A stretch of 63,362 bases of DNA, the filler included, from Octopus bimaculoides (Eukaryota): NCBI RefSeq assembly GCF_001194135.2. It is 5 parts of 4 records of this genome, joined end to end, with 100 filler letters (N's around TTAATTAATTAA, not from the genome) between each part and the next. Parts side by side here need not be neighbours in the genome. Positions count along the whole stretch, not along the records: positions 52,580 to 59,783 come from NC_068982.1; positions 59,884 to 63,362 come from NC_069005.1; 3 more parts are not named here. One strand, 5' to 3'. The notes beneath the pieces are model-generated. The model made no database searches and had not been told where the DNA came from. It worked only from the letters and a program-made list of their open reading frames with translations. Shown here in pieces: positions 53,021 through 63,362 of the stretch. Numbering within the stretch: the stretch's first letter is position 1; every line of letters starts with the position of its first letter. The translations under genes and the position numbers were made by a program.

Positions 53021-53274
53021 TGGACGGTGCTCTTAGTGATTTACTGGTACTGGTGNNNNNNNNNNTCTGGCAACGATTACGCTTGGACGGTGCTCTTAGT
53101 GATTTACTGGTACTGGTGCCATCACGATTTTGTTTTCGCTTGCCCCAACAGGTCTTCGCAAGCCAAATCATCATCATCATCATCCTCAAACATTTGTTTT
53201 CTATGCTGGCATAGGCTGGACAGTTTGACAAGAGCTGGTCGGTAGGAGAGCTCCATCAGGTTCCAGTCTGATTT

Positions 53275-54012
53275 CGCTCATCATCATCATCATCATCATC
53301 ATTTAACGTCTGTTTCCAGTTTGACTGAGGACTGGCAAGCCAGAAAGCTGTACCAGGCTCCAATCTGATCTGGCAAGGTTTTTACAACTGGATGTCCTTC
53401 TTAATGCCAACCACACTGAGAGTGTAGTGGGTGCTTTTTACATGCTACTGGCACGAGTGCCAGTCAGGCAATATTGGCATTGACCACGCTTTGATGGTGA
53501 TTTTTACATGCCACTGGCATGGGAGCCAGTCAGGCGGCACTGGCAACGACCACACTTGAATGGCACTTTTTACGTTCCACTGGCACGGGGTGCCAGTCAG
53601 GTGGTATTGGCATCAGCCACGACAATGACTTCACTTGACTTAACAGGTCTTCACAAGCACAGTTTATTACCTTTCATCCTGAGTGAGAGGCCTTTCCTTA
53701 GTTGCCAGCAGAGTTAGGAGCTCCCTGAACTTTACCCAGGCCATTCTTATTCTAGCCTCTACACTCTCAGAGCATCCACCCCCAACACAGACTTGGTCAC
53801 CTAGGTAGCGGAAGCTATCAACTACTTCAAGTTTTTTTTCCCCTGGCATGTGATGGAATCTGTTTTCTGTACATCTTCAGTGTTTATTGCCCCTGTGCAT
53901 CTGCCACACACAAAAACTATCTTCCTGGTTAACCTTCCTTTGATATTGCTGCACCTTTTATGTGTCCATAGCTTATACCAGGTACATTGTATGGAGTTTC
54001 TACCCATGCCTT
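53275..54012 (-). mobile_element. RTE-group LINE family G 3' portion (late RT plus 3' UTR)
   Basis: RNSIQCTWYKLWTHKRCSNIKGRLTRKIVFVCGRC...KLEVVDSFRYLGDQV...ARIRMAWVKFRELL, then UTR and (CAT)n. Confidence 0.85.
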
Positions 54013-54049
54013 TCTCTGTGTGTGTGTGTATGTGAAGAATGTACCCTTC

Positions 54050-55275
54050 ACACATAGATTAGTAGTTAGCAACTTTGGGATCAGGGCTAAATGGATGCCC
54101 AGAAGAAGACCAGCTTGGAGGAGAAGGATCTGGAAGCTTAAAGATCCTGCAAATGGACAGAGATTTAGAGATGTGTTACTCGAAGTCTTCGACAAAATAG
54201 AAGGGGATATAGCATCACATAATGTGGAAGACAACTGGAGGTTTCTACAGGACAATCTGCTGAGAGCCACTGACCAGATCTGTGGATGGTGCAAAGTCCC
54301 CTCTCGACCCAAAGTAATGTGGTGGTGGAACAATGTGGTTGACAGGGCTATTAGACAAAAGAAACAGGCTTGGAAGGACTGGAAGAACGGAGGTAGCAGG
54401 GAATTGTATCAGACTGCCAGAAGGGAAGCTAGGAGACAGGTTTATTTAGCCAGAGGGGAAGCAGATAAGAAAAAATTTGCCAATGTTCTGCACCGTGAGG
54501 ACCAAAGACTTGAAGTATTTCATGTTGCAAGACAGTGTGTGAGAGAGAATCGTGATGTCGTAGGAGAGAAATGTGTCTGCATGGATGATGGTTCACTTGC
54601 ACTAAACAAGGCTGCAAAGAGAGAGGTTTGGAGATGCTACTATGAAAGGTTGCTCAATAAAGAGAATGAAAATGTGCAGAGAACAACTTCTGCCACATTC
54701 CAGGGAGAAAAACTAGAAGTAGTCGATAGCTTCCGTTACCTAAGTGACCAAGTCAGTAGCGGGTGAGGGTGCGCTGAAAGTGTAGCTGCTAGAATAAGAA
54801 TAGCCTGGGCAAAGTTCAGAGAGTTCTTACCTCTGCTGGTGACAAAGGGCCTCTTGCTCAGAGTAAAAGGCAGACTGCATGACGTATGTGTACGAACAGC
54901 CATGTTACATGGCAGTGAAACATGGGCCATGACTGCTGAAGACATGTGTAAGCTCTCGAGGAATGAAACCAGTGTGTGTAATGTCAGTTTGCATACTCAA
55001 CAGAGTGTAAGTATCTTGAGAGAAAAGTTGAACCTAAGAAGCATCAGTTGTGGCGTGCAAGAGAGACGATTGTGCTGGTATGGTCATGTGGTGAGAATGG
55101 ACGAGGATAGCTGTGTGAAAAAGTGCCACACCCTAGCGGTTGAGGGAACCTGTGGAAGAGGTACACCCAGGAAGACCCGGGATGAGGTGGTGCAGCACGG
55201 CCTTCGAACATTAGGCCTCACCAAGGCAATAACTAGTGACTGAGACCTTTGGAAATATGCTGTGCATGAGAAGAC
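54050..55275 (+). mobile_element. RTE-group LINE family G, APE C-terminus/linker fused to post-RT region by internal deletion
   Basis: HRLVV...WWWNNVVDRAIRQKKQAWK...WRCYYERLLN, joined to KLEVVDSFRYL...MLHGSETW...WYGHVVRM...GRGTPRKT; RT core absent. Confidence 0.88.
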
Positions 55276-55282
55276 TCGGCCA

Positions 55283-55695
55283 GATATAATTGTCAGAGAT
55301 CATGAAGAAAAAATGTTTTCTAATTGATGTGTCAATACCAACAGATGACATTTCTCTATGAGAAACAAAGAAACTTTCAAAATACAAATCCTGGAAAGAG
55401 AGGTAACTCGAATGTAGAGTCTAAAAGCAGAAACAATTTCTATCATAGTAGGTGCATAAGGTATGATTAAAAAATATTCAGACAAATACATAACAAAAAC
55501 ACCAGGACTAACAAATATATATAACATACAGAAAATAGTACTATTAGGCACTGCACATATCCTATGTAAAACACTTTCAATACAGTAGCCATAAGTGCAT
55601 CACAGCAAACTACAGCACATACCCAAGGCACACAGAGCTGTGTGTGAAAGTGCAGTGAAAGTATGTTATAAAAATAAGACTATTGAATAATAATA
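55283..55695 (+). mobile_element. R4/Dong-like LINE RLE 3' end with (AAT)n tail
   Basis: RPDIIVRDHEEK; nucleotide match to the reverse complement of 38040-38390; ends aataataataat. Confidence 0.85.
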
Positions 55696-55904
55696 ATGGT
55701 TTCAAATTTTGACACAAGGCCAGCAACTTTGGGGGTGGGAGTAAGTCAATTACATTGACTTCAGTGCTCAGCTGGCACTTAATTTATTGAAAAGATGAAA
55801 GGCAAAGTCAACTTTGGTGGAATTTGAACTCAGAATGTAAAAATGGATGAAATGTTGTTTAGCATTTTGTCTGGTGCAGTAATGATTCTTCCAGTTCACC
55901 ACCT

Positions 55905-56049
<145 letters not shown>

Positions 56050-56256
56050 CCTTTCTACTAAAGGCATGAGGCCTGAGATTTTGTGGGATCGGATAAGTTG
56101 ATTATATCTACCCCAGCGCTCAACTTGTACTTAATTTATCAACCCCAAAAGGATGAAAGGCAAAGTCAACCTCGGTGGAATTTGAACTCAGAACATAAAG
56201 ACAGACAAAAATATTAATAATAATAATAACAACAACAACAACAACAAAACAACAAC

Positions 56257-56288
<32 letters not shown>

Positions 56289-56512
56289 TAATAATAATAA
56301 TACTAATAATACTCGTTTCAAATTTTGGTACAAGGCCAGCAATTTCTGGAGAGGAGTAAGTAAATATAATCAGCCCAGTGATGAACTGGTACTTATTTTA
56401 TAGACCCCTGAAAGGATGAAAGCAAAGTTGACTTTGGCAGAATTTGAACTCAGAATGTGCAGACTGGTGAAATGCTGCTAAGCATTTTGCCTGGTGTGCT
56501 AACAGTAATAAT

Positions 56513-57118
56513 AATATAGAGAGAGAGATGACTGTGCTGATATGGTCATGTGATGCGTATGGACGAGTACAGCTGTGTAAAGAAGTGCTAATCTCTAACT
56601 GTGGAAGGAACCTGTGGTAGAGGTAGACCCAGGAAGACATGGGATGAGGTGGTGAAGCATGGTCTTGAACTTTAGGCCTCACAGAAGCAATGACTAATGA
56701 CTGAGACCTTTGGTGATATACTGTGCTTGAGAAAACCTGTCAAGCCAAGTGAAATCATCATGGCTGATGCTGGTGTCATATAAAACGCTCTTTTCAAGTG
56801 TTGGGCTTCGTGGAGGCAATGATGAATGACTGAGACCTTTGGTATAATGTCATACTTGAGAAGACCCATCAAGCCAAGTAAAATTGCAGTCATGGCAGAT
56901 ACTGGTGTCACGCAAAGGGCACATATGCCAGTGGCATGTAAAAGCACCCATTACACTCTTGGAGTGGTTGGTGTTAGGAAGGACATCCATCTGTACAAAC
57001 CATGCCAAATCAGACTAGAGTCTGGTGCAGCCTTCCAGCTTGCCAGCCCTGGTCAAACCATCCAACCCATGTCAGCATGGACAACGGACGTTAAATGATG
57101 ATGACAATGATAATGATG
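56513..57118 (+). mobile_element. RTE-group LINE family G 3' end
   Basis: YGHVMRMDEYSCVKKC..VEGTCGRGRPRKTWDEVVKH, then family G UTR and (GAT)n. Confidence 0.85.
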
Positions 57119-58247
57119 TTATTTTACACAACACACACACATACACACACTCATGTCACAAGTATTAGTTACATACAGTTTTAATTCTCATTACAATTTT
57201 TTAAAAATATTACAATTGTCTAAAGCCCTTGTACTTCTTTTTAAGGTCCTAGTACATTTAACTTATTATAAATAGTAAACTTTAAAATTATTTGTTATTT
57301 TCCAGTACCTTTCAATAAATTGTATCATTTTAAATACCTGTACATTCTTAAATAACTGTAACTAACTTATCATCGCCTTATTAGCAGTTCCTGTAACGAT
57401 AATATCAGACAATATACAATATACGTTATCTCCCTTAGACCTGCCAGTATTTCGAATTTTAATTGTGGCTGCAGTACCATAAATATAAATCGTTATTTAT
57501 TTAGGCCAACTGCTTTGTCAATTTTCATCTTTTTCTTCTAAATTTCATTAATATCTTCACAATACATATATAGTAAACTTGAGATTGAAATTAGGGACCA
57601 TCTTAACTTTGTATTATCTCTTAAACTCATTTAAAACCATTCATACAATCAAAAGTGTATTTATTAATCTCAGATTTATCTTTTACTTCTTTTACTCAGG
57701 CCATGCTAAAGAACTGCTTTGAAGGATTCTGATTGACGAAATGGACCTGATTGTTTAATTTTATATTTAATTCTGGTACTTATTCTAATAAGTTTCCTTG
57801 CCAAACTGCTAAGTTATGACGGATGTAAACAGACCAACGTACATAATATACCTGTTGTTAGATGGTGACAGGAGGACAAAAATAGACAGCCACACACACT
57901 CATATATNNNNNNNNNNNNNNNNNNNNNNNNNNNNNNNNNNNNNNNNNNNNNGAATGGCATTGGACATTTTGGGGATCTTTGGTTTGTGCTAGAGATCAT
58001 GGCGCTCCCACATCCCTGAGCCTGCGACTTATATTGGCACCAGACATCTTGCTCCGGCTTGTCTCTGGATAATGTCAATAAAGTGGGGAGGGTCTATGAG
58101 GTGTTGTGCAAGCCTTATTGGACCTAAAACTCTGCACAGGCATTGCCGACTTCTGTTCGATATGTGCATTTTTCCCCCCTATATATATTTATCTTATTTT
58201 TAGTATATATTTAACTTATTTTTAGTATATATTTTCTTCGTTTTTAG

Positions 58248-58279
<32 letters not shown>

Positions 58280-58289
58280 TTTTTTTATT

Positions 58290-59783
58290 TGGGAGTCCTG
58301 CAGTGATGGGAAGGTGGTGCAGCATGCAGACCTGACAGGTTGGAAGCATGTAGTCAGCGACCTGCACGTAGGCGGCCCATGCTAGATATAAAGTCGTCTC
58401 CTTGTCGCCCAAGACAGCGATAGGATTCGGTTGCTGCATGGGTGTCTGAGCAGCTCCATTGGAGAGGGCACTGCTCAACCGGAGACCGGGGAGGTTCTAG
58501 AAAAGGTGAACCAAAAATTGCCTGTCTTTCTATATCTGGTCAGTTTAGCGCAACTGACGGATGTCCACCCTGCGCTTGAAAAACAAAGAGTCTTTTATTT
58601 ATAAAATCTGGACGGAACTTAAACATTTCATGTTAGAAAGTGCGCATTCTGTTGGACAACAAGAGTGATTGTAGGCCTGAAAGACGCACTGCGCTTGTTG
58701 CTCGTGAGCTGAACCATTATAAAATTGATATAGCTGCACTCTCAGAGACTCGTATAGAAGGTGATGGTCAGCTTGAGGAAGTAGGAGGTGGATACGCCTT
58801 TTTTTGGAAAGGAAGGGAGAAGGAGGAGTGCAGAGAGGCTGGTGTTGGTTTTGCAGTCCGATCTGATATCCTTAAGAAGTTGGAAGAGCTCCTTGTTCCT
58901 ATAAATAAACGTATAATCTTTAATCTTCGCCGATTTGCTGCCAATTCGAAGGTTCTCCAGTCTATTATTCGTGACCTCCTCTATGCAGATGACTGTGACT
59001 TAGTCACTCATACAGTGGATGACATGCAAATATTCATGAATTGCATTTATGCTTCTTGCAAGGCATTTGGACTTAGCATTAGCCTGGACAAGACTGTTGT
59101 AATGTTCCAGCCTGCACCAGGAAATCCATATGTGAAACCAGTTATCTTGGTTGAAGGAACAATTCTGAAGGTAGTAGACAAGTTTGTCTACCTAGGCAGC
59201 ACACTCAGCCTTTCTTGCTCCCTGGATGAGGAAATATCTTTCAGGTTGCAGAGAGCAACTAATTCCTTCCGGTCTCTTCAGTCTCGTGTCTGGTCCCAGC
59301 ATGGCATCGCAAGGCAAACAAAAGTTGCTGTGTACAGTGCATGTGTACTGACATCACTCCTCTACTCATGTGAGACATGGACCCTGTACAAACGTCAGGT
59401 AAGGGTCCTTGAATGCTTTCATCAGAGATGTCTCAGGCACATTCTCAATGTTGACTGGACCTCAAAAATTCCAGACACACAGGTTCCGATGACAGCTGAT
59501 ATCTTGAGTATTGAGGCAATGGTGCACAAGCACCTTTACGTTGGACTGGACACCTTATTAGAATTAAGGATAGCAGGATTCCTAAGCAGATGCTATATGG
59601 AGAACTTGTGAATGGAAGGAGACTCCGACAGAAACCAAGGCTGCGATTTAAGGACTGTGTCAAGTCTTCATTAAAGGCCTGTGATATGCAGGACACTGAC
59701 TGGGAGAGCAATGCCTGTCATCGCCACGGATGGAGGTAGCAGGTTAAGGAGGGGATCGACACTTTTGAGAGAGCACGTATCCC
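58290..59783 (+). mobile_element. RTE-clade LINE with 5' UTR, APE N-terminus and RT C-terminus, internally deleted; runs into a gap
   Basis: RPERRTALVARELNHYKIDIAALSETR...AGVGFAV (APE) fused in frame to DLLYADDCDL...FVYLGS...LLYSCETWTLY (RT). Confidence 0.92.
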
Positions 59784-59889
59784 NNNNNNNNNNNNNNNNN
59801 NNNNNNNNNNNNNNNNNNNNNNNNNNNTTAATTAATTAANNNNNNNNNNNNNNNNNNNNNNNNNNNNNNNNNNNNNNNNNNNNTACTAA

Positions 59890-60080
59890 TCAATATAAGG
59901 CCAACAGTTAGAGAAGTTGAAGAACTCTGGGAAGTATTATGGACATCAAAGGCATCACCGCGGGTAAGATTTTGCAAAATAACAAAACAGAATTGTCCAA
60001 TACAAGGAATATCCGAGATTTTAGAGAAAACAGAAAGGCACCAGGATGTGATATTTTCCAACCCAATATTAAATATTTTA
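59890..60080 (+). mobile_element. Probable R4/Dong-like LINE fragment (pre-RT region)
   Basis: EVEELWEVLW and RKAPGCDIFQPNIKYF resemble EFW..IW and KAPGxD motifs. Confidence 0.45.
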
Positions 60081-60097
60081 ATATGTATAGATTTGAA

Positions 60098-60547
60098 GGC
60101 GGCGAGCTGGCAGAAACGCTAGCATGCCGGGCGAAATGCTTAGCGGTATTTCGTCTGTCCTTACGTTCTGAGTTCAAATTCCTGCGAGGTCGAATTTTGC
60201 CTTTCATCCCTTTCAGGGTCGATAAATTAAGTACCAGTTGCGTACTGGGGTCGATCTAATTGACTACCGCCTTCCCCCAAAATGTCGGGCCTTGTACCTA
60301 GATTAGAAAAGAATATGTATATATATTTATAAGGTGCCGAGCTGGCAGAAATGTTAGCACGCCGGGCGAAATACTTATCGGTAATTCGTCTGTCTTTACG
60401 TTCCGAGTTCAAATTCCGCCAAGGTCGATTTTGCCTTTCATCGTTTTGAGGTCGAAAAATTAAGTACCAATTACGTACTGGAATCTATCTAATCGACTGG
60501 CCACCTCCCCAAATATTTCGGGCCTTGTACCTAGAGTAGAAAAGGAT
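60098..60547 (+). mobile_element. Head-to-tail dimer of full-length family C SINEs (60098-60314, 60333-60547)
   Basis: Both read gg.g.cgagctggcagaaa..ttagca.gccgggcgaaat...gagttcaaattcc...gcctttcatc...tagaaaag.at. Confidence 0.9.
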
Positions 60548-60629
60548 ATGTATATATTTTGCGTTGTTAGTGTGTATGTATGTGTGTTTGTTGTTGTTGA
60601 AAGATTAATAGGCTGCAGACATAACTAAG

Positions 60630-60769
60630 TGTTTAAGAAGCCCGCGTTGCAGCTGCGCAGGTTCGAGTTCAGTCCCAGTGAGCGAATCCTTGAGCAAATA
60701 GCTTCTACTACAGCAGCAAGCCGACGAATGACATAAGAATGAATTTCGTAGACGGAAAATGTAGAAGCC

Positions 60770-60771
<2 letters not shown>
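60630..60771 (+). mobile_element. SINE family B, degenerate copy
   Basis: ggttcgagttcagtccca...cttgagcaaatagcttctacta...gtagacggaaaatgtagaagccg, then (TA)n. Confidence 0.65.
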
Positions 60772-60810
<39 letters not shown>

Positions 60811-61352
60811 TTATATATATATATAAACAAATTTAAATAATCAGTAAATGGAGAAAACTTTTGATCAACAAACAAGCAAGCCGTCCAACATCGGTTGATT
60901 TTTTTAATACGAAACATGACATAACATGTCTCACGGCCGTTTCCGCTTCTAATGTTAGTCGATGCTTACGAAAGGAATTCCGAAAACAATATTCATCTGC
61001 ATAGCACATTCGAACTAGTACATNNNNNNNNNNNNNNNNNNNNNNNNNNNNNNNNNNNNNNNNNNNNNNNNNNNNNNNNNNNNNNNNNNNNNNNNNNNNN
61101 NNNNNNNNNNNNNNNNNNNNNNNNNNNNNNNNNNNNNNNNNNNNNNNNNNNNNNNNNNNNNNNNNNNNNNNNNNNNNNNNNNNNNNNNNNNNNNNNNNNN
61201 NNNNNNNNNNNNNNNNNNNNNNNNNNNNNNNNNNNNNNNNNNNNNNNNNNNNNNNNNNNNNNNNNNNNNNNNNNNNNNNNNNNNNNNNNNNNNNNNNNNN
61301 NNNNNNNNNNNNNNNNNNNNNNNNNNNNNNNNNNNNNNNNNNNNNNNNNNNN

Positions 61353-61554
61353 ATAAAAATATTCAAGGGATATAACTGAACGACTTACCAGTATTATCCG
61401 TTTTCTTCTAGTTGTTTATAAATAAATCACACCCTAACCCTAATCCTAACCGTAATCCTAACGTCAATCAAATCACGTGTGTGATTTATTTATAAACAGA
61501 GATGTACGCAGAATACTGGTAAGACGTTCAGTTACTTCCCTTGAATATTTTTAT
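61353..61554. mobile_element. Foldback MITE-like element with telomere-like core
   Basis: Outer ~43-bp inverted repeat (61353-61395 / 61512-61554), perfect inner 20-bp inverted repeat (61413-61432 / 61479-61498), centre ccctaaccctaatcctaaccgtaatcctaac. Confidence 0.8.
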
Positions 61555-62168
61555 TTATTTTTTTTATCCCCCTAAACTTGAAGATTACCGTTTAGAGTTC
61601 AAATTCTGCCGAAGTCGACTTTGCCTTTCATCCTTTCGGGGTCGATAAAATAAGTACTTGTCAACTAATCTCACCTCCCTAAAATATTCCAGCCCGTGTG
61701 GAAAGAGATTATTGTTATTATTATCATCAACATCATCTTCCTCATCATCGTCATCGTCGTCGTCATCGTCGTCGCCGTCGTCATCATCTTAATCAACAGC
61801 AATATCACCATCACGATCATCATCAGCATCATAATCCTTACCATCAACTTCATACACGTCATCGTCAAAATCAGGTGGACATAACAACAAGAGTGTCATC
61901 ATCATCACCACCACCACCGCCACCACCGCCGCCACCGCGACCATCGTCATCATCGCAAACACTATAAATCATCCTCTTCACAAAGAATCAATATTTTTTT
62001 TGTTTTTTTTTATCGAAAAAACTTCCAATTTAATATCAAACAATATCAATCAGCGTTCGTTCTAATTTTACCAATTGAAAAAAAAAAATATTTTTTTGAT
62101 GCATCTTTTTTTTTGCTATAAGATATATATCTGATTCACACATACGCTGACTCACCCCCCCCCCACAC

Positions 62169-62212
<44 letters not shown>

Positions 62213-62403
62213 ATCTATGTATCTATGTATGTATATATAGATATATATATATGTATATAATATATATATATATAGTTACATACATATATATACTTATATA
62301 TATATATACACATACATACGTACATACATACATACATACACACAGATATATATATATAGTACATACATATATATATATATATATATGTATGCTTGTATAT
62401 GTA

Positions 62404-62446
<43 letters not shown>

Positions 62447-62504
62447 NNNNNNNNNNGGAGTGAGTGAGAAAGGCACATATGTGTATGTGTGTGTGTGTGT
62501 GTGT

Positions 62505-62538
<34 letters not shown>

Positions 62539-63064
62539 ATTTGTTTAGCGAGATTCTTGATACGAAAAACTGTGTTGTAAGAGATATTGTTATACTTGTG
62601 GACGGTTATCTTTCGCCAAATAAACACTCGCACTATTTATTTGATCTTCAGTTTCATTTTCTTCGCATTCTAATTTTTTTATGTATAGTTTACTTGTCTG
62701 CCAATGTTGCTTCTGAGACCTCTTCAACGACTCTCCCTCCCACGCGTTACCTCTTGCCTTGCTCATTTCATTTTGTCCGTCTGTTGTATATATCTCTATC
62801 TGCCCATTCATTTACATCTGTATCTTTGTGGGTTTGTGAACTTGAAATTATCTACAACTGCTGCGTTCCGGTAGGTTTGGCATAGTGAGAATGGAGAAGC
62901 TGGACCTTGTTATTCTTAATTTCCTGTCAGATGTTCATGACTAGAACAAGTAGTCTGTAGTTAGGGTTCATACTAGGGTAAGCTATTGTAACTTGAATAT
63001 ATATATATACATGACTGAACACTATTCAATTTTTTTTTCCGTGTTTTTCTCCTTGTCTCCGTAT

Positions 63065-63101
63065 TCTTTTTGTTGAAGTGCGTAGCTCGAAACGTTAAAG
63101 A
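63065..63101 (+). ncRNA. Decayed minimal hammerhead motif inside a ~190 bp repeat flanked by (TA)n
   Basis: UCUUU-UUGUUGA-A-GUG(CGUAG)CUC-GAAA-CG-UU-AAAGA; stem I and GAAACGU intact, two core substitutions. Confidence 0.45.
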
Positions 63102-63362
63102 CTTTCCGTATTCCCGAGCGTCATACTAATACATCCTTTTGTTGTTTACACCACCTGTCCTCGCCTGTTGTTGTTTTTTCGTACATTCTCCTACATATAT
63201 ATATATATTTGTATATATTTATCCAAATATATATATATACATATATGTATATATGTACTTATACATATATACATATACATATATATATTCACACATACAT
63301 ATATTTTCCTATGCATATATGCATATATATATGCGTATATATATATATATATATATATATAT

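Noticed and set aside
52765-53625. CRISPR-like look of palindromic repeats at regular spacing
   Set aside because: Intervening sequences are homologous rather than unique, the array lies in a LINE 3' UTR, there are no cas genes, and the context is eukaryotic.
58371-58420. Possible HDV-like ribozyme in the RTE 5' UTR (ggcggc/gtcgcc P1, aag/ctt P3)
   Set aside because: L3 lacks the YCC..CG consensus, no GG for P1.1, and no clear P2 or J4/2.

Overview
Gap-riddled, AT-rich, microsatellite-saturated animal DNA, intronic or intergenic. The repeat families and assembly style suggest a coleoid cephalopod, probably Octopus (inference, not checked by search). No host protein-coding gene can be supported; nearly all listed ORFs are microsatellite or N-gap artefacts. 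Identifiable content is transposon-derived: about ten R4/Dong-like RLE LINE fragments sitting in (TAA)n tracts, two RTE-group LINE families, three Tc1/mariner remnants (one full length with TIRs), a Gypsy 5' LTR+PBS+gag stub, a Helentron-type non-autonomous element, a foldback MITE with a telomere-like core, four SINE-like families, and a ~540 bp non-coding element found only in (ATT)n arrays. The best lead is a set of type I hammerhead-ribozyme motifs: two well formed (12316-12359 and 48743-48830, both minus), two decayed (3714-3749, 63065-63101) and one hammerhead-like repeat family. These resemble ribozymes known from Penelope-like elements and retrozymes. Repeat boundaries were read by eye and are approximate.
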